Assembly (NCBI RefSeq): GCF_004010195.1
Contig: NC_057720.1
Coordinates: 30,828,231 to 30,887,054 of the forward strand
Origin: Chiloscyllium plagiosum
Lineage: Eukaryota
Direction: 5' to 3'
Length of the DNA: 58,824 nt
The position numbers and the translations under genes are program-made. The notes under the pieces are model-generated. The model was not told the origin of the DNA, did no database searches, and was given only the letters and a program-made list of their open reading frames with translations. Below, one piece after another: positions 24,359-37,905 of the stretch (positions within the stretch are counted from its first letter, which is position 1; the number at the start of each line of letters is the position of its first letter).

Positions 24359-24890
24359 GCAACTTACAGTTGTATTAATACTTCCATGTTTTAAAATTGG
24401 AAACTTCCCCCCCTCCCCAGTAATAAGTACTAAAAAAAATTTTAATCACTGGGAAAATTCAGTTTTTGCTTTAAAAAGGATTATACTTTTCTCCTCTTTT
24501 TCTCATTACATTTTCGCCACATGTATCGTGGGATGTGAATGATAACAGGTCTTTATTTCCCAATCATCAGCATAAACGAGTTGAACTGAAGGGTCTGTTT
24601 CCGTGCTGTACATCTCTATGAATCTATGAATCATTGTTTCAATGAACCTTTTAAATGTCTCAGTTGGTCTATTTACTGACTGACCAAGAGTGATTTGAGA
24701 CAGAGACTCAGTTAGAAACTAGATATGTGCAGCTGGCCGGAAGTACGTTCACAATTCTGATTCCAAAATTCTATCTGTTAGAAAAATGTATACTGGATCT
24801 ATATCGGTGCGTAATGCAATTTCTACTTTTGCTTTATATAACTATCCATTAAGATGGTCTCTCTAAGGCACTTGTTTCTTCTTTTGTTAG

Positions 24891-25610
24891 AAGAACTACA
24901 GCCACTTCTTCATCCAGAATATGAAAATGTTGTCATTTCAATGATATGCAGTGGCCAAAATGAAACAACTGATCCATGCAAGACAAATGGCTTTCATTGT
25001 GGAGGTGATATTGATTCTTGTTCTACCCTCAGATCCTGCAACAATATGTGCAATCAGCCAAGCCATCAAGTTATATCCAAGTTTGGCCGGCACTTTTTCG
25101 TCAAGAGTGACATGAAAGATTATAGCATGTTCTACATTGGGCAGGAGAGCCTGACGCTGACTAACTATATGATGACGTGGAATCAATGTTCGTTTTGCTC
25201 ATTTGATCCAGTGAAAGGGGTAGGGAGACACGAAACGCTGAATGTTAACAGGGCATTAATGAAGCGATACTACATGATTGAAAGAGCCAAGGATGCTCAA
25301 GTTGTAGGGATTTTAGTGGGGACTCTTGGTGTTGCTGACTATCTTTCTATCATTGACCATCTTAAATCAGTTATCAAGAAGGCTGGAAAGAAAAGCTACA
25401 CCTTTGTAATGGGTAAACTGAATGCTGCCAAGCTGGCTAATTTCATGGAAGTGGATATATATGTGCTTGTAGCCTGTCCAGAAAATTCTCTGCTGGATTC
25501 CAGTGAATTTTATAGACCTGTTATAACACCATATGAGATGGAGGTTGCATGCAATCAAGCAAGGGAATGGACTGGAGAGTACATTACTGACTTCAGGGAT
25601 CTACTTCCAG
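24891..25610 (+). CDS. DPH2: DPH2 coding exon 4
   Basis: [23 protein letters not shown]…[11 protein letters not shown]…VLVACPENS…PVITPYE. ttag/gtgcgt boundaries, 720 bp. Confidence 0.97.
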
Positions 25611-26123
25611 GTGCGTAAATCTACATATCATCATGGATCCATGTGCCTGTAAATTAAGTAGTTATACAATTTGAATTTTAACTTTAAAACAAATACAGAG
25701 AACTGTGATATTATCCTGTCTCTTTTTTTCAATTTCCAGTAATCCCTGAATTGTATATTTTTGTTAGGTAGACCATCAATTTGTAGATGGCAAGGCTAAG
25801 AGAATTGCAGCAAAATACATCTACTTGTCTATAGTCTGAAACATTTCATTGACAGAGTTAACAGGCTCAGAAAATTGGTTATTGCATTTGTTAATATTAT
25901 ATGTTTGAGGAAGGTAGACAATACTCTGCGAATAAAACACTTCTTCTCACAATAATAAATGTGTAAATTACATATTAGTTTAATTGGTAAAGTGAAGTTG
26001 ACATACTACCAGACCATAGAACCTCTTTCTCTTGGGAGAGAGGGAGGACTGGTGGTGGTTTAACCTGAGGGTCACCACACCTTGGATAGTGGTGATTTGG
26101 AGCTGCCAGTGTTGGACTGGGGC

Positions 26124-26310
26124 GTACAAAGTTAAGAGTCACACAATACCAGGTTATAATCCATCAGGTTTATTTGGAAGTACTAGCTTTCGGAGCGCTG
26201 CTCCTTCATCAGGACAACCACCCAATGAAGGAGCAGCACTCCGAAAGCTAGTGCTTTCAAATAAATCTGTTGGTCTATAACATGGTGTTGTGTGATTTTT
26301 AACTTTGTAC
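26124..26310. mobile_element. Penelope-derived fold-back element, family C, inserted in a tRNA-derived SINE (~25990-26430)
   Basis: 86-bp inverted arms 26124-26209 and 26225-26310. The - arm reads CTGATGA-A-GGAGC(AGC)GCTCC-GAAA-GC-TA. The + arm has stem I CAC/GTG but a mutated core (CCAATGA). Confidence 0.8.
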
Positions 26311-26518
26311 CCCTCGGATAAGGTGAGAGCTGAGAAGAAGAGGCATTCGTGGTAACCTCAGCGAATATGGGAATTGAACCAATGCTTTTGGCATTACTCT
26401 GCATTGCAAACCAGCTGTCCAACTGATCTAGTATCTAACATCATATGTATATGAGATTAGAATTAACTAATGTATTCATCCTTAAAAGTTCCAATGAATT
26501 TTCTGTTCACCTTCTCAG

Positions 26519-26701
26519 GTGCTTGGTGCCATATTGAATTTCCAGATGAGACCTTCAATGGTAAGGAGACTGATGTCTCGCTAGTTACCGGAGCCTTGCG
26601 AACAACACGCTTGCTAAAGTCAGAATGGCAAAATAAAACACCAAGTACATCACTGATTCACAGGAATGAGGCTTTAGCAATTACTCAGCCTCACTCAGCA
26701 G
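26519..26701 (+). CDS. DPH2: DPH2 coding exon 5
   Basis: AWCHIEFP…TDVSLVTGALR…QPHSA. ctcag/gtataa boundaries, phase 1 to 1. Confidence 0.92.
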
Positions 26702-28109
26702 GTATAATTATTATTCATGAGTTAAAATTTCAAGATTGAATATCGATATCAGGTTTTGGAGAGGGGCAAAACCTTTTTTCGCCTTTTTTTTAACAGTTTT
26801 GAGGTTTTTTCCATACTTCACAGGACAGCAGGCAGATGATTTGCTCCATTCTAAAGAAGTGTCACTGGCCCCTGAAACATTAACTTTGCTTTCTTTCCAC
26901 AGATGCTACCACACCTGCTGAGTTTTTCCAGCAATTTCTGTTTTTGTTTGAGATCATTTGCTCTCTTGTGTTTTGCTAGTGTTGGAATAAATTTGGGGCA
27001 TAAATGTAAAAAAGCAAACTGCCTTGTCCCTTTTTATGAGTGACATTTGACAGTTATGCAGCACGGAGAAACCCACATAACTATGATGTTCAACAGGCCT
27101 AATCTTCATTCTGCTCAGCTTGTTTCTAAAGAGTGGCGGATTGTTAAATTGAAACTATAGTAAAAACAATTGTGCAGCTACTTCAGTGGCATTAAGCTTG
27201 GAGCTGTTGGGCAGGCATTAATAATGTTTAACCATAACTGAATCCCAACCAATGAATCCACTTGTGAAAAAGAATGATGTTTTACCTAGTTTTGAAATCT
27301 TGCAAGGAAGTTCTGCTTTCTTTGATAAAATGTAAAGCCAATGTTTGCAGTGTGAATTTAAAACAGAATTGTGTTCACATGACTCCCATTTATTACTCTA
27401 CATGATGTATGCTCTGAATGTTATGGTGAAGCAAGTCACCACATCAAGAAAAGGATTTAAAACAAAAATGCTGTCTGGATCTGACTATCCTAGAATAAAG
27501 TAACAGAAAAAGCAGATATGTTCATCTTTTATTGGATCACTGACAGAAATTAAGCTGAAGCATGTTAGTAATTAAGGTAAAAGACCATCCATTAATAAAT
27601 ACAAACGCTACTGTTGATCTCCTCCAAGGTGGAACTGTCTTCCACTGTGCAAACAATAAATCCCAAGTCAAGAACTGCACAAATTTACTTATTCTATAAT
27701 GAGACTTTCAGACCCTTCAGGCATGATTCCACCAATATCGATGCTGCACTGATGAGAGTACAATTTCTACACAGACTGTTCTTGCAGCTCATCTTGGTGG
27801 AATTGTTAATTGCAAAATTTTGTCCTTTATGAACTGGATTGAAGTGGGCTAAATGTATTTTGCATTGATGATGGCAGTTGGCAAAGAAAAAGAAACTAAT
27901 GTTTTGAATCTAGTGAGAATGTCGGACTCCAGATTGAGTTTCTACTCAAGATTTTTGAACATTGTGGAAATGGATCAATATGTAATGTATTCCAATATCA
28001 CTTACTTGAATACATAGAATAATCACTGCCATAGTATATTGTTAGAACTACAATAGATTATATTGTATAGATGAAATGGTGGGTTTAATTAAAATCAGTG
28101 GGAACTGCA

Positions 28110-28330
28110 TACAGTTAGCTCTGCTATAATGTGTGTATCTTCACTGTGAATTGACTTTAACGTGATTGAAGAATTTAGACTGTCATTTCTGGACTAATTT
28201 TCCTTACCTGTCTTGGCTATAATGCTACTCTGGGCCCATGAGTTGAAAAAGCACAGCTATTATGGGATCCTCACATAATGCGAGATCGCACGAGAACAGA
28301 ACCTTTGCATCACATCAAAACCGACATTAT
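28110..28330. mobile_element. Possible Tigger/pogo-type MITE, decayed
   Basis: Starts TA-cagttagctctgctataatg and ends in an imperfect inverted terminus (catcacatcaaaaccgac). Confidence 0.35.
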
Positions 28331-28680
28331 TTGAATCTTCCTTTAATCGCACACACACCCCACCCCCCATATGGAAGGTAAATTCACTATTGTTCTACCA
28401 GACTGTAGAGCTGCTTCATTATTACAGAGAGGTGACTTGATAGTGGTCTATCCTGAGATTCACTATGCCTCAGGCTAGGAGGGAGACTGAGAGAAAAGTC
28501 CTCTCTCTCCACACTTTTGGCATTACTGTGCAATGCAAGCTAGCTGTCCAGCGAACTGACCCAGCCCTCAGGTATAATTCTAATAGTATGAATTCTTCCA
28601 TTCTTCTTTTACTCAATCTCGTATTCATTATGGTGTCTTTTTCATTTGTGGTACTGATATGAAAATTTGTTAATTTGCAG

Positions 28681-28805
28681 CCTCATTCTTGGTATCTAGG
28701 AGCTGGCAAGGCCTGGAGCAGAAACTAGGACAGACTTCTGTATCAAAAGCAGTGGAAGGTCGGAAAGGCATCGCGATTGCCTATGAAGGAGAAGCCACAA
28801 GTTGA
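28681..28805 (+). CDS. DPH2: DPH2 last coding exon
   Basis: (A)[18 protein letters not shown]…[18 protein letters not shown], the conserved DPH2 C-terminus. The six exons sum to 1512 nt (503 aa plus stop). Candidate ATTAAA at 28887. Confidence 0.97.
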
Positions 28806-29798
28806 ACAAACTGGAAATTGGAAGTCAATTGTGTGAGCAAGTGGGTTGAAATCAAAATTACAGGACAATGGACTGATCAGAGAGTTATTAAAGTTTTATT
28901 TAAAAAAAAACTCTGACATTTTGGAAGTGTTTATCTATGTTCTGATATTATAGGCTTCGTATTTTGTTTCTTTATGTATAATTCCTTTGCTAGCTATCTC
29001 ATAACACGAGTATTGCCGGACAAGCAAATCATTGCTTTGTAGTTTGCTCATGAGCTGTGCAGTGAGAAAGATCAGTATTTTCTGAATTCAGAGTTGTTCT
29101 GCTGATTGCAAGACATTGTTGTTTTCATTATTATAATTACTCAATCTAAGTGTTCAAAAGTGATATAGTTGAGCAAGGAATTTGTTAATGTCCTATTTAA
29201 CATGGCCAAAAATGTACAACTATAGTATGAGGCAAGTTGTTATTGTTATATCATTCATCAAAGGGAAACATAATTCTAGAAAGGTTGAAACAGGGTGCAG
29301 TTATCTGGTAACAGACCATATTGGATCTTGTGATGTCCAGTAAACACGTGCCATCTGAAACTAATATATATTTTTTAAAAACATGACACAGGCTAGAATG
29401 GATGGTTGCTGAAGGTCACCTGACTTTTGTGGATTAAAATTACTCCATTATCTTGCAGGAATGAAGGAACATTCCAAACTAATAAATCAGTGCCTTTCCT
29501 TGAAAAGACATTAACTGCTTCAAACCCCACAGGGTGAATGTATACACAAAAACGTGAACCAGATTGTGAATTGGTGTGCACTCAACATATTATTTGGAAC
29601 AGGACTTGAACTTGTGGAAAGGCATATGTTAAGACAGCCAGGTTTTTGTCTGCTTTTAAAAAACAGCCAAGACCTATTTTGCAGTCAGTATCCAGTTGGT
29701 CAGAAAACCAGACCACAAAATATTTACATCTCATCGTGCAGATCCATGGCAGTTAACAGTAGTACCTTCCAGTTGGGAGATTCTAACAGAAACAAGTT

Positions 29799-29805
<7 letters not shown>

Positions 29806-29850
<45 letters not shown>
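29806..29850. repeat. (CT)n microsatellite
   Basis: Uninterrupted CT dinucleotide run. Confidence 0.95.
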
Positions 29851-29857
<7 letters not shown>

Positions 29858-30199
29858 ACACGCATTCTCTCTCACACAAAAAAAAACATCTGGTCCAATT
29901 TTAAGTTTGCCTGATAGTCAACCTTTCAGAAAGTTAACTACAAGCAATTGACCTCCTCCTAACCTGCCATGAGCTCTTCACTTTACAGTGCCTTCACTTC
30001 TAGTTTAAAGCATCAAATCTATTAGACCTACCTGCTTGGTAGGAAACTGGAGATTATAAATCACGTGGAGTTCACTAATCTATGCAAGTGTACTGTCTAT
30101 TTAGTTTTTATTGGGTTCATGTGAGAGATCTCTTGAGTTAATTTGGGGCAAGTATCTAAAAATAAATTTTTTTAAAGTTTTAAACTCTAAAATTTGCTG

Positions 30200-31815
30200 T
30201 GGAATTTTTGAAGTAGATTCGGCACTGTCCTGTAGATTAAGGATCAAGGGGGCAATCTGTGTGTGGAACTGGAGGACATTGACAAATTGTTAAATGAGTA
30301 CGTCACATCTGCCTTCTCATGAGAAAAGGAGGGTGTTGGTCCTGAATTTTATAAGAGACACTGTAAGGTTCTTGAGCAGGTATTAGAGATTTTCATATAG
30401 TAAGTGAGCAGCTATTGAAGATTTTGGTAGACTGAAAAGAAGATATCCCCAGGTCTGGATGAGTTGTATCCCAGGCTGCTGTGGGAGGTGCAGGAGGAAA
30501 TTGCAGGGGCTGTGACCCAAATTTTTCGTTCTTCTCTGTCTGCAGAGAAGGTGCCAGAGGACTGAAGGACAGCTAATGTTGTTCTACTATTAAATATGGA
30601 AATAAACTATGGAATTGGAGAGCAGTGAGTCTCAGTGGAAATTAAACTATTGGAGAAAATGTGGAAGGAGAGAATTAATCTCCACTTGACAAGGCAACGT
30701 TTGAACAGGGATAGTCAGTATAGCTTTGTCAGAAGGAGATGGTGCCTAACAGAGGTGATCGGGTAAATAGATAAGGGCAGTGAAGTTGATGTTTATATGG
30801 ATTTTTCCAAATCATTTGACGGGTTCCATATGGGAAACTGATAAAGAAGGTAAAAGTAAATGGTACCCAGCATGACCTAGCAATTTGTATCCAAAATTGG
30901 TGTAGTGGCAGGAGACAGTGTAGAAACGAGTTTGTATGACTGGAAGATGAAATCCAGTGGCATACAACAGAGATTAGTGCTTGATTAGTGAGGCGTTTAA
31001 GGGTTATGGGGAGAAGGCAGGCGAATGAGATTGAAATATCAGCCATCACTGAATGGTGGAGCAGGTGCAATGGGCTGAATGGCCAAATCCTGCTCACTTA
31101 TCTTATGATTCCTTATTGCTTGGGGGTGATTAACATGAGGAAGAAGATCTAGCCAGGGTGGTCAGATGCTCAGATCAGTGGTAGATGGAATTGAATGCTG
31201 AAAAGTGACATGCACTTTGGAAAAAGTAACAAGATCCGGGAGTTCTCGGTGGCTGGGAAGCTCAGACGGACCTTGGTTTGCTTGTTCACAGATCACAGAA
31301 GGTGGCAACTTGTGTTAAGTAAGCTAGTTAAGATAAAATGGGCTTTATCAGTCATGCTGTTTATTGTAAGAGCAGGGCGACCCTGATGGAACTGTATGAA
31401 ACTCTGGTTAGACCACAGTTGAAGGGTCATAGACCTGAAATGTTAAGTCTGCTTTCTCTCCACAGATGCTGCTAGACCTGCTGAGCTTTTCCAGGAATTT
31501 GTGTTTTTGTTTGTGATAGCTGGAGTACTGTCTGGAATTCTGTTTGCCTCACCACAGAAAGGATGTGATTACACTGGAAGGCCACTAACAAGGGAGTATA
31601 TAAGGGGGAGATTTAGAGAGAATTTGAGGAAAAAATATTCACTCAGATGATGGCGGAAATCTAGAATGTACTGCCTGGGTAGGTATGAGAAACCTATTAA
31701 CCTTAGTGCGTGTCCAAGTACTTCTTTAATGTAATAACATTCAGGGCTATGGAACAATGCGATTAGTGTAGATAATACAGTTTTAATGGACAGAAGGCTG
31801 TCTTCTATGCTGTAG
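30200..31815 (+). mobile_element. Heavily decayed CR1 ORF2 with small nested pieces
   Basis: Remnants of SPG-DELYPRLL, ANVV, DVYMDFSK and HFGKSN. Penelope-type repeat piece at ~31420-31515. Confidence 0.7.
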
Positions 31816-32197
31816 AGTAAAGAAAAGGCACATCTTTTCCCATGCACTCCACACTGGTAATGGACAATATGAGAATGTGTATTCTGTCCATTTGGAAAAA
31901 ATGACAGTAAATTGGATTTGTTTAGTGTTGATATGACAGAACATTCCCAGGGTGTTTGAAAATAAGAAGAAAGATACTATATCAGCAATCATATGCTGCT
32001 ACTTTAGTGGGCCCAGGGTTTTAAGCCAGTGACAGAAGGAATGGCAAGTCTGGTTAGCGCATGACATGCAGAGAAATTTGCAGGTGATGATGTTTCCATG
32101 TGTTTGCTGCAGAGTTGAATCTAGCTTTTGACCTCTGTTCTTGTGTACATTTAAAGAGAGCAAACACAAACGTGGCTCTTGCCCACACTCAGAGAAG

Positions 32198-32505
32198 CAT
32201 AGAATCCCTATAGTGCAGAAAGAGGCCATTGAGTCTGCAACAACCTTCCAAATGCTATTCCACCCAGACCCTCACCATATCCCCATAACTCCACATTTAC
32301 CATGGTTAATCTGTCTACCCTGCACATCCCTGGACACTACAGGCAATTGACCATGGCTAATCTACCTAACCTGCACATCCGTGGACACCACGGACAACTT
32401 AGCATAGATACTCCATATGACCTGCATATCTTTGGACTTTGAAAGGAAATCAGAGCATCTGCCAGAAACCCACACAGACTCTGGGAGGATGAGCAAACTC
32501 CCAGA
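32198..32505 (-). mobile_element. HE1/V-SINE-like SINE
   Basis: Reverse complement of the 9194-9517 family (catagaatccctatagtg…aacccacacagac). Confidence 0.7.
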
Positions 32506-33782
32506 TAGCCTGTTGTCTTTTCCATCATATTCAGTCTCTTATAATTCTCAGGAGATTGTAGTTCACTTTGCAATGCATTTCTCCCTTTTGAAGTCCTTCA
32601 AAACTTTCTTGGTGCCTGGGAGGTATAATGTTCCAAGGCCTGGCAGGAGGCTGGGGATAATCCACACAGGCCTTCCAGCCAATTGCTGAATTACACTGCT
32701 CAGAATTTACAATCTTCTATTTTCGTCTGTATAGCCTTTTAAATACAGCTAACGTTTAATTATGACATTTTACGTCTGCAGGAGATCCATGGTTCTGAAA
32801 AGATGCAGGCTTATCAATGACTTAATGTCATCATGGAAATATATGTGTCATTGAGAAACAGCCAGATAAGCTAAACAGTAATAAGATCCATTCAGCTTGC
32901 AAGCAACCAGTCTACATTTATAGGAAATAGTTTTCAATCTACAAGCATTTCTACAAATAAGTTATTTTTTTCTCACATTTGCATGCACATTAAAGGGACT
33001 GACTGCATTTTCTTGGTTGAAACTTTATTGCTGGAACAGCACAGCAGGAGGTATCTGCGAGCTGGCGTTTGGCCTCAGCGGTGTAAAGGTCAGTGCGCCA
33101 AACTACTACTGCGCCTCCCTTGTCAGCTGCATTTTCTTGGGACACGGCGTGATTTTGATTTAGGGTGATGTTAGAGTAGGAAATCTAGTGCTGGTTAATT
33201 TTCTGCTGGTGGTGGGAGAAGGAAACTATATTGTGATTCAAAAGCTCCTGCGGCTAAAACTGCACTGTATTCAGGTGTAGTCTGACAAATGCCATGTATA
33301 TATTTAGCAAGACTTCCCTATTTTGATAGTCAATTTCCTTTGAAATAAAGGCCAACATTCCCATTTTTCTTCCTTATTATTCATTCAGCATAGATGTTTG
33401 TAAGTATTTATTTATAAGTATAGTATAGTATTCATGCAACATGTTTTACTAAGAGGAATTGCCAGTTGGAATGCTGATCCCTCCAAAGCCCAAAGCAGTC
33501 AAAAATAATGGCATTGTGGACCTGGAGAATGATAGTCTCATGTTCATTAGATTCTGGGACAGTCCATCAGAGTTACCATTTTAAATCATGTGATCTTGGA
33601 CCGGCCTTCTGCCTATTGATTTGGTCATGAATTCTGGCTACATCAGTAGCTCAGGCGTGCACAACATGATCAAACCTTCTGCTGTAATGGCAAATATATC
33701 CTCTATAAATAGCCTTCCAGCCCTGCCAAAACCATCCTTATTGATGGCTACTCTGGTTTGAACTTTTAAGTTTCAACCCAGA

Positions 33783-34052
33783 CACAGCATGGTGGCTTAG
33801 TGGTTAGCACTGCTGCCTCCTAGCAGCGGGGACCTGGGTTCGATTCCAGCTTCAGGTGACTGTGTGGAATTTGCACATTCTCCCGGTGTCTGTGTGGGTT
33901 TCCTCTGGGTGCTCCTGTTTCCTCCCACAATCCAAAGATGTACAGGTTAGGGGTAAATAATGGGAATGGATCTGGGTGGGTCACTCTTTGGAGAGTCAGT
34001 GTGGACTTGCTGGGCCGAAGGGCCTGTTTCCATACTTTAGGTGATCTGATCT
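33783..34052 (+). mobile_element. HE1/V-SINE-like SINE
   Basis: ggtggcttagtggttagc…ggttcgattcc (A and B boxes), V-domain-like core, CR1-like tail. Confidence 0.8.
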
Positions 34053-34649
34053 AAGCCTGTGGCTGAGTGTTCTGTAATTAATTTGAAGATTTGAGCTTCA
34101 AGTCCCACACTTAAAGCCAAGCACAAATGTTAGGCTGATTCTTCAGCGTATTGGTGCTATATTGTCAGATGTTTTTTTTTAAGGAGACATTAAAGTGAGG
34201 CCTCGCCTCCACTCTTGGATAGATACAAACTATTTCATAGCACTATTTCATAGAAGAGAAAAAGATCTTGAAATGCTCCCCACTAGTCACCTGTCAATCA
34301 TTAGCACCAAAACAGATTGTTTGATCATTATCACACTGCTGTTTTTGCAAATTGACTGCTGCTAAATGTGGCTTCATTACCAAAGTACTTTGTTGGTTGT
34401 AAAGCTGTTTTTGATTCCCTGACATCATAAAATGTGCTACGTAAATATAATTTTTTTTATTCTTATTTCACCAGCTTGAGAAGGCCTGCTTGAATAAGGT
34501 GAAATCTCAAAGTTCCAGGGCATATTTGCCTCTGAACAGACAGCTAAACAACATCTTCTGTTAGTTGGCCAACCAAAAGATGCACTCACCATTTGCCAGA
34601 GCGTTTGCTTTTGATGAGTATAAAAGCTGACATTAGGGAATAGTGAAAC

Positions 34650-35005
34650 ATGTATAAAATCATGAGGGGCATAGATAAGGGCTTTTCCCTGGGGTGGGGG
34701 AAGTCTAGAACTAGAGGGCATAGGTTTAGGGTGAGAGGTGAAAAAAATTAAAAGGGACTTAAGGGGCAACATTTTCACGCAGAGAGTGGTGCGTGTATGG
34801 AATGAGCTGCCGGAGGAAGTCGTGGAGGCTAGTACAATTACAGCATTTAAAAGGCATCTGGATGGGTATATAAATAGGAAAGGTTGAGAGGGATATGGGC
34901 CAAGTGGTGGCAAATTGGTCTAGATTAGTTTAGGATATCTGGTCGGCATGGATGAGTTGGACCGAAGAGTTTGTTTCCGTGCTGGACATTTCAATGAGTC
35001 TATGT
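34650..35005 (+). mobile_element. CR1 3' end
   Basis: YKIMRG-D, RTRGHRF, FTQRVVRVWNELP motifs; homologous to 16195-16560. Confidence 0.85.
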
Positions 35006-36189
35006 CCTAGTAGTGGAATCTTGAGACCTGAAGAGTGTTTTCAAAACTCTTTTGTAATACGGATCCCAGCATTTGAGACAGATATCTAAAAATACCTTGT
35101 TAGGATAGAATAGTAATTTATTGTCATTTGTATTTTTACATAAAATAGTGAAAATTGTTGAAGTCATCATACTCCAGCACCTATATTAACAACAGAAAAA
35201 TAGACAAAGTCCACCTCTGAGGAAAAGACAGGACTGACATTCTCCACTGCTGCAGAAAGCCAACATCGAAGCAGCCAAATCCAGGGCTGTTGGAATCCCA
35301 GGCCATCAAAGCTGCTGAAACAGACCACCACTTCATTGGATCCACTAGGACGTGGCTGCAGTGGCAGTGAGGATCGGAGCATACTGCCTTCACCGCTGCA
35401 GCGACCTCCCGAACCACTCTTCTTCCACCGTCCGGCTGACTGTGAAGCTGCCACCTCGTCGCCAACACCCACAAAGATGATACAGCTAAGCCCACCTCTG
35501 AATCCACCACCAATAATCTTCCTCCAGACGATGGTCTTCATCAGCCATTCACGAGAAACAAAAATGTAGAGAAAGGAAGGAAAGAAAAGCAGACAAGCCC
35601 GAGCCTCAGGAGTTCGGACGATACTTAATATACTATTGACATATTGTATATTTCTAACTTAAACTTAAACAGCAAAATTTGTCTCAGGAAAGACATATTC
35701 TCATTACACAATACAAAAAAAAGCAACAAACGTAACATGTTTGGTATACAGAAAATGGAGCAAAGCAAGAAATATGGACACAAATCTCATACAAACCAAT
35801 GATTTTATTTATTTGAATCTGGCACAATCTGTCAAAGCAGGTCAGCTGGCAGTCTTGACAGCGCAGGTGGTTGGCAGTGAGAAAATAAAATTTTATTGTT
35901 AACTGACAAAGACAGTAATTTGAATTAAAGCCTAAATTACAGGCATTGTCTAGATAGCCTGTTTTTTTAAAAAAAAACACACATTATAGCATTAATTGAG
36001 AATACTGTGATATTTTAAATATTATAAATTATTTTCAATGCATGTATTCTTTCAGAGTAAATCCATTTCCTATTAGATCAGAGGCAGACGTCAAAAATGT
36101 ATATGTATGTTGTGAAATCTAACGCAAAGATCACATTTTATCATAAGTCAATCACTTGTTTCTCTATTCAATTATTGTATATGGTACAA

Positions 36190-36330
36190 TAAAAACCAAA
36201 AGAACTGCAGATGCTGTAAATCAGAAACAAAAGCAGAAGTTGTTGGAAAAGTTCAGCAGGTCTGGCAGCATCCGTGCAGAGAAATCAAAGTTAATGTTTC
36301 GGTGTTAACTGGTAACTCTTCGTCAGAATG
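36190..36330 (-). mobile_element. Older Penelope-type terminal repeat fragment
   Basis: ctgcagatgctg…ctggaaaa…agcaggtctggcagcatc…aatgtttcgg, sharing its layout with family A. Similar pieces at ~16830-16945, ~18670-18750, ~21230-21330, ~26850-26950. Confidence 0.6.
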
Positions 36331-37409
36331 TATATGTGGCACGTTAGTCTTAGCCTAAAACATCATATATCAAAATAATTGTCCACAAAAGTCTTTCGAA
36401 CATTTATTAAGTTGCAAAAGATCCATAAGTAAATCTCAAATGACTGGTACCAAATAAACCTAAATTTGGTCTTTTGCATTCTAGTCATGGAATCCTTGCC
36501 CCTCAGGGTTTTTGTTTGCTGCGTCTATGAATTGCCCAGCTGGAAGTAATAAGAAAGTTAGTTACAAACTGAGATTACGTAACTCAGAATAGGTATATTA
36601 CAAACAATCCAAAAAGATCAAACATATTGATCTTTGCAGCTGGAAGCAGACATGTGGGTGAATGTATTTCTTGCCCCTTATGTATATGTGTTGGCAATTT
36701 CTTGGAATTCCTGGGATGTAACCATATATTTGAAAACACGTGCAGATTCAGGACGAATGTATATATTGTGATGGAAACTGTGAGAATAAGTTATTCTATG
36801 TTTTTGGGTTTTTATGAATTTTCAGTTAGGTCCACTTTCTGTGTGTCTAGTTGATAATTAAATATTCCAGTAGCCCTGGTGATTTCTTTTAAAACAGTCT
36901 TTGCGATGTGGCTTTCGCGTGAATGGGTTTTGTGTACCATTAATGGACTTTTGCTTATTTGAGTTGTTTAACAACCCAGCAAGGTAAACCATTGACTCAC
37001 CCAGTTTGTTATCAACTCTGGAACTTGTTTATTTAAGCTTAAGGGAAAACGCCCATAGCTCAGAGAAGGAGATGATCGGCTTTCAAATTTTAATTTGTGT
37101 GGAGCAGTCCTGTGAAATCTTTAAAAGAGGATAATGCCATGCACCTAGTTTGAGTGTAACCAAAGCCAAATGGTTCTCAGGGTACATAGGTAGCATGGCT
37201 GAAACTTCATTGTATGTTCAAGTCAACATTAGTAGACCTATTGCTAATTTACATCCACACAATACAGCTTCCCCATCTGTAGTCTCATCCAAACAGCTGA
37301 TTATTGAACAGTTTTTAATTAACAATTCACTTACTTTCCTTCTTTTACATTATTATTTGTACGGAAACCTTTAATATAACAAATATGTAACAAATAACTA
37401 AATTCATAA

Positions 37410-37905
37410 GAGGTACAGTTAGTAAGTTTGCAGATGACACCAAAATTCGAGGTGTAGTGGACAGCGAAGAAGGTCACCTCAGATGACAACATGATCTTGA
37501 CCAGATGGGCCAATGGGCTGAGAAGTGGCAGATGGAATTTAATTCAGATAAATGTTGTGAAACTTGAAAAGGTTCAGAAAAGATTTACGTGGATGTTGCC
37601 AGGGTTGGAGGATTTGAGCTACAGGGAGAGGCTGAACAGGCTGGGGCTGTTTTCCCTGGACCATTGGAAGCTCAGGGCTGACCTTAGAAAGGTTTACAAA
37701 CTTATGAGGGGCATGGATAGGATAAGTAGACAATGGGGAGTCCAGAACTAGAGGGCATAGGTTTAGGTGAGAGGGGAAAGATATAAAAGAGACCTAAGGG
37801 GCAACTTTTTCACACAGTGGGTGGTACGTGTATGGAATGAGCTGCAAAAGGAAGTGGTGGAGGCTGGTACAATTGCAACATTTAAAAGGCATTTGGATGG
37901 GTATG
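37410..37905 (+). mobile_element. CR1 RT/3' fragment with internal deletion
   Basis: SKFADDTK is joined directly to VVKLEKVQKRF. Confidence 0.85.

Noticed and set aside
24854..24890. Hydrophobic [12 protein letters not shown] start resembling a signal peptide
   Set aside because: It is the polypyrimidine tract before DPH2 exon 4; the splice phase fits an acceptor at 24890.
33783..33860. tRNA-like A/B boxes (also 9194, 38982)
   Set aside because: They run straight into SINE body and tail sequence, so they are SINE heads, not tRNA genes.
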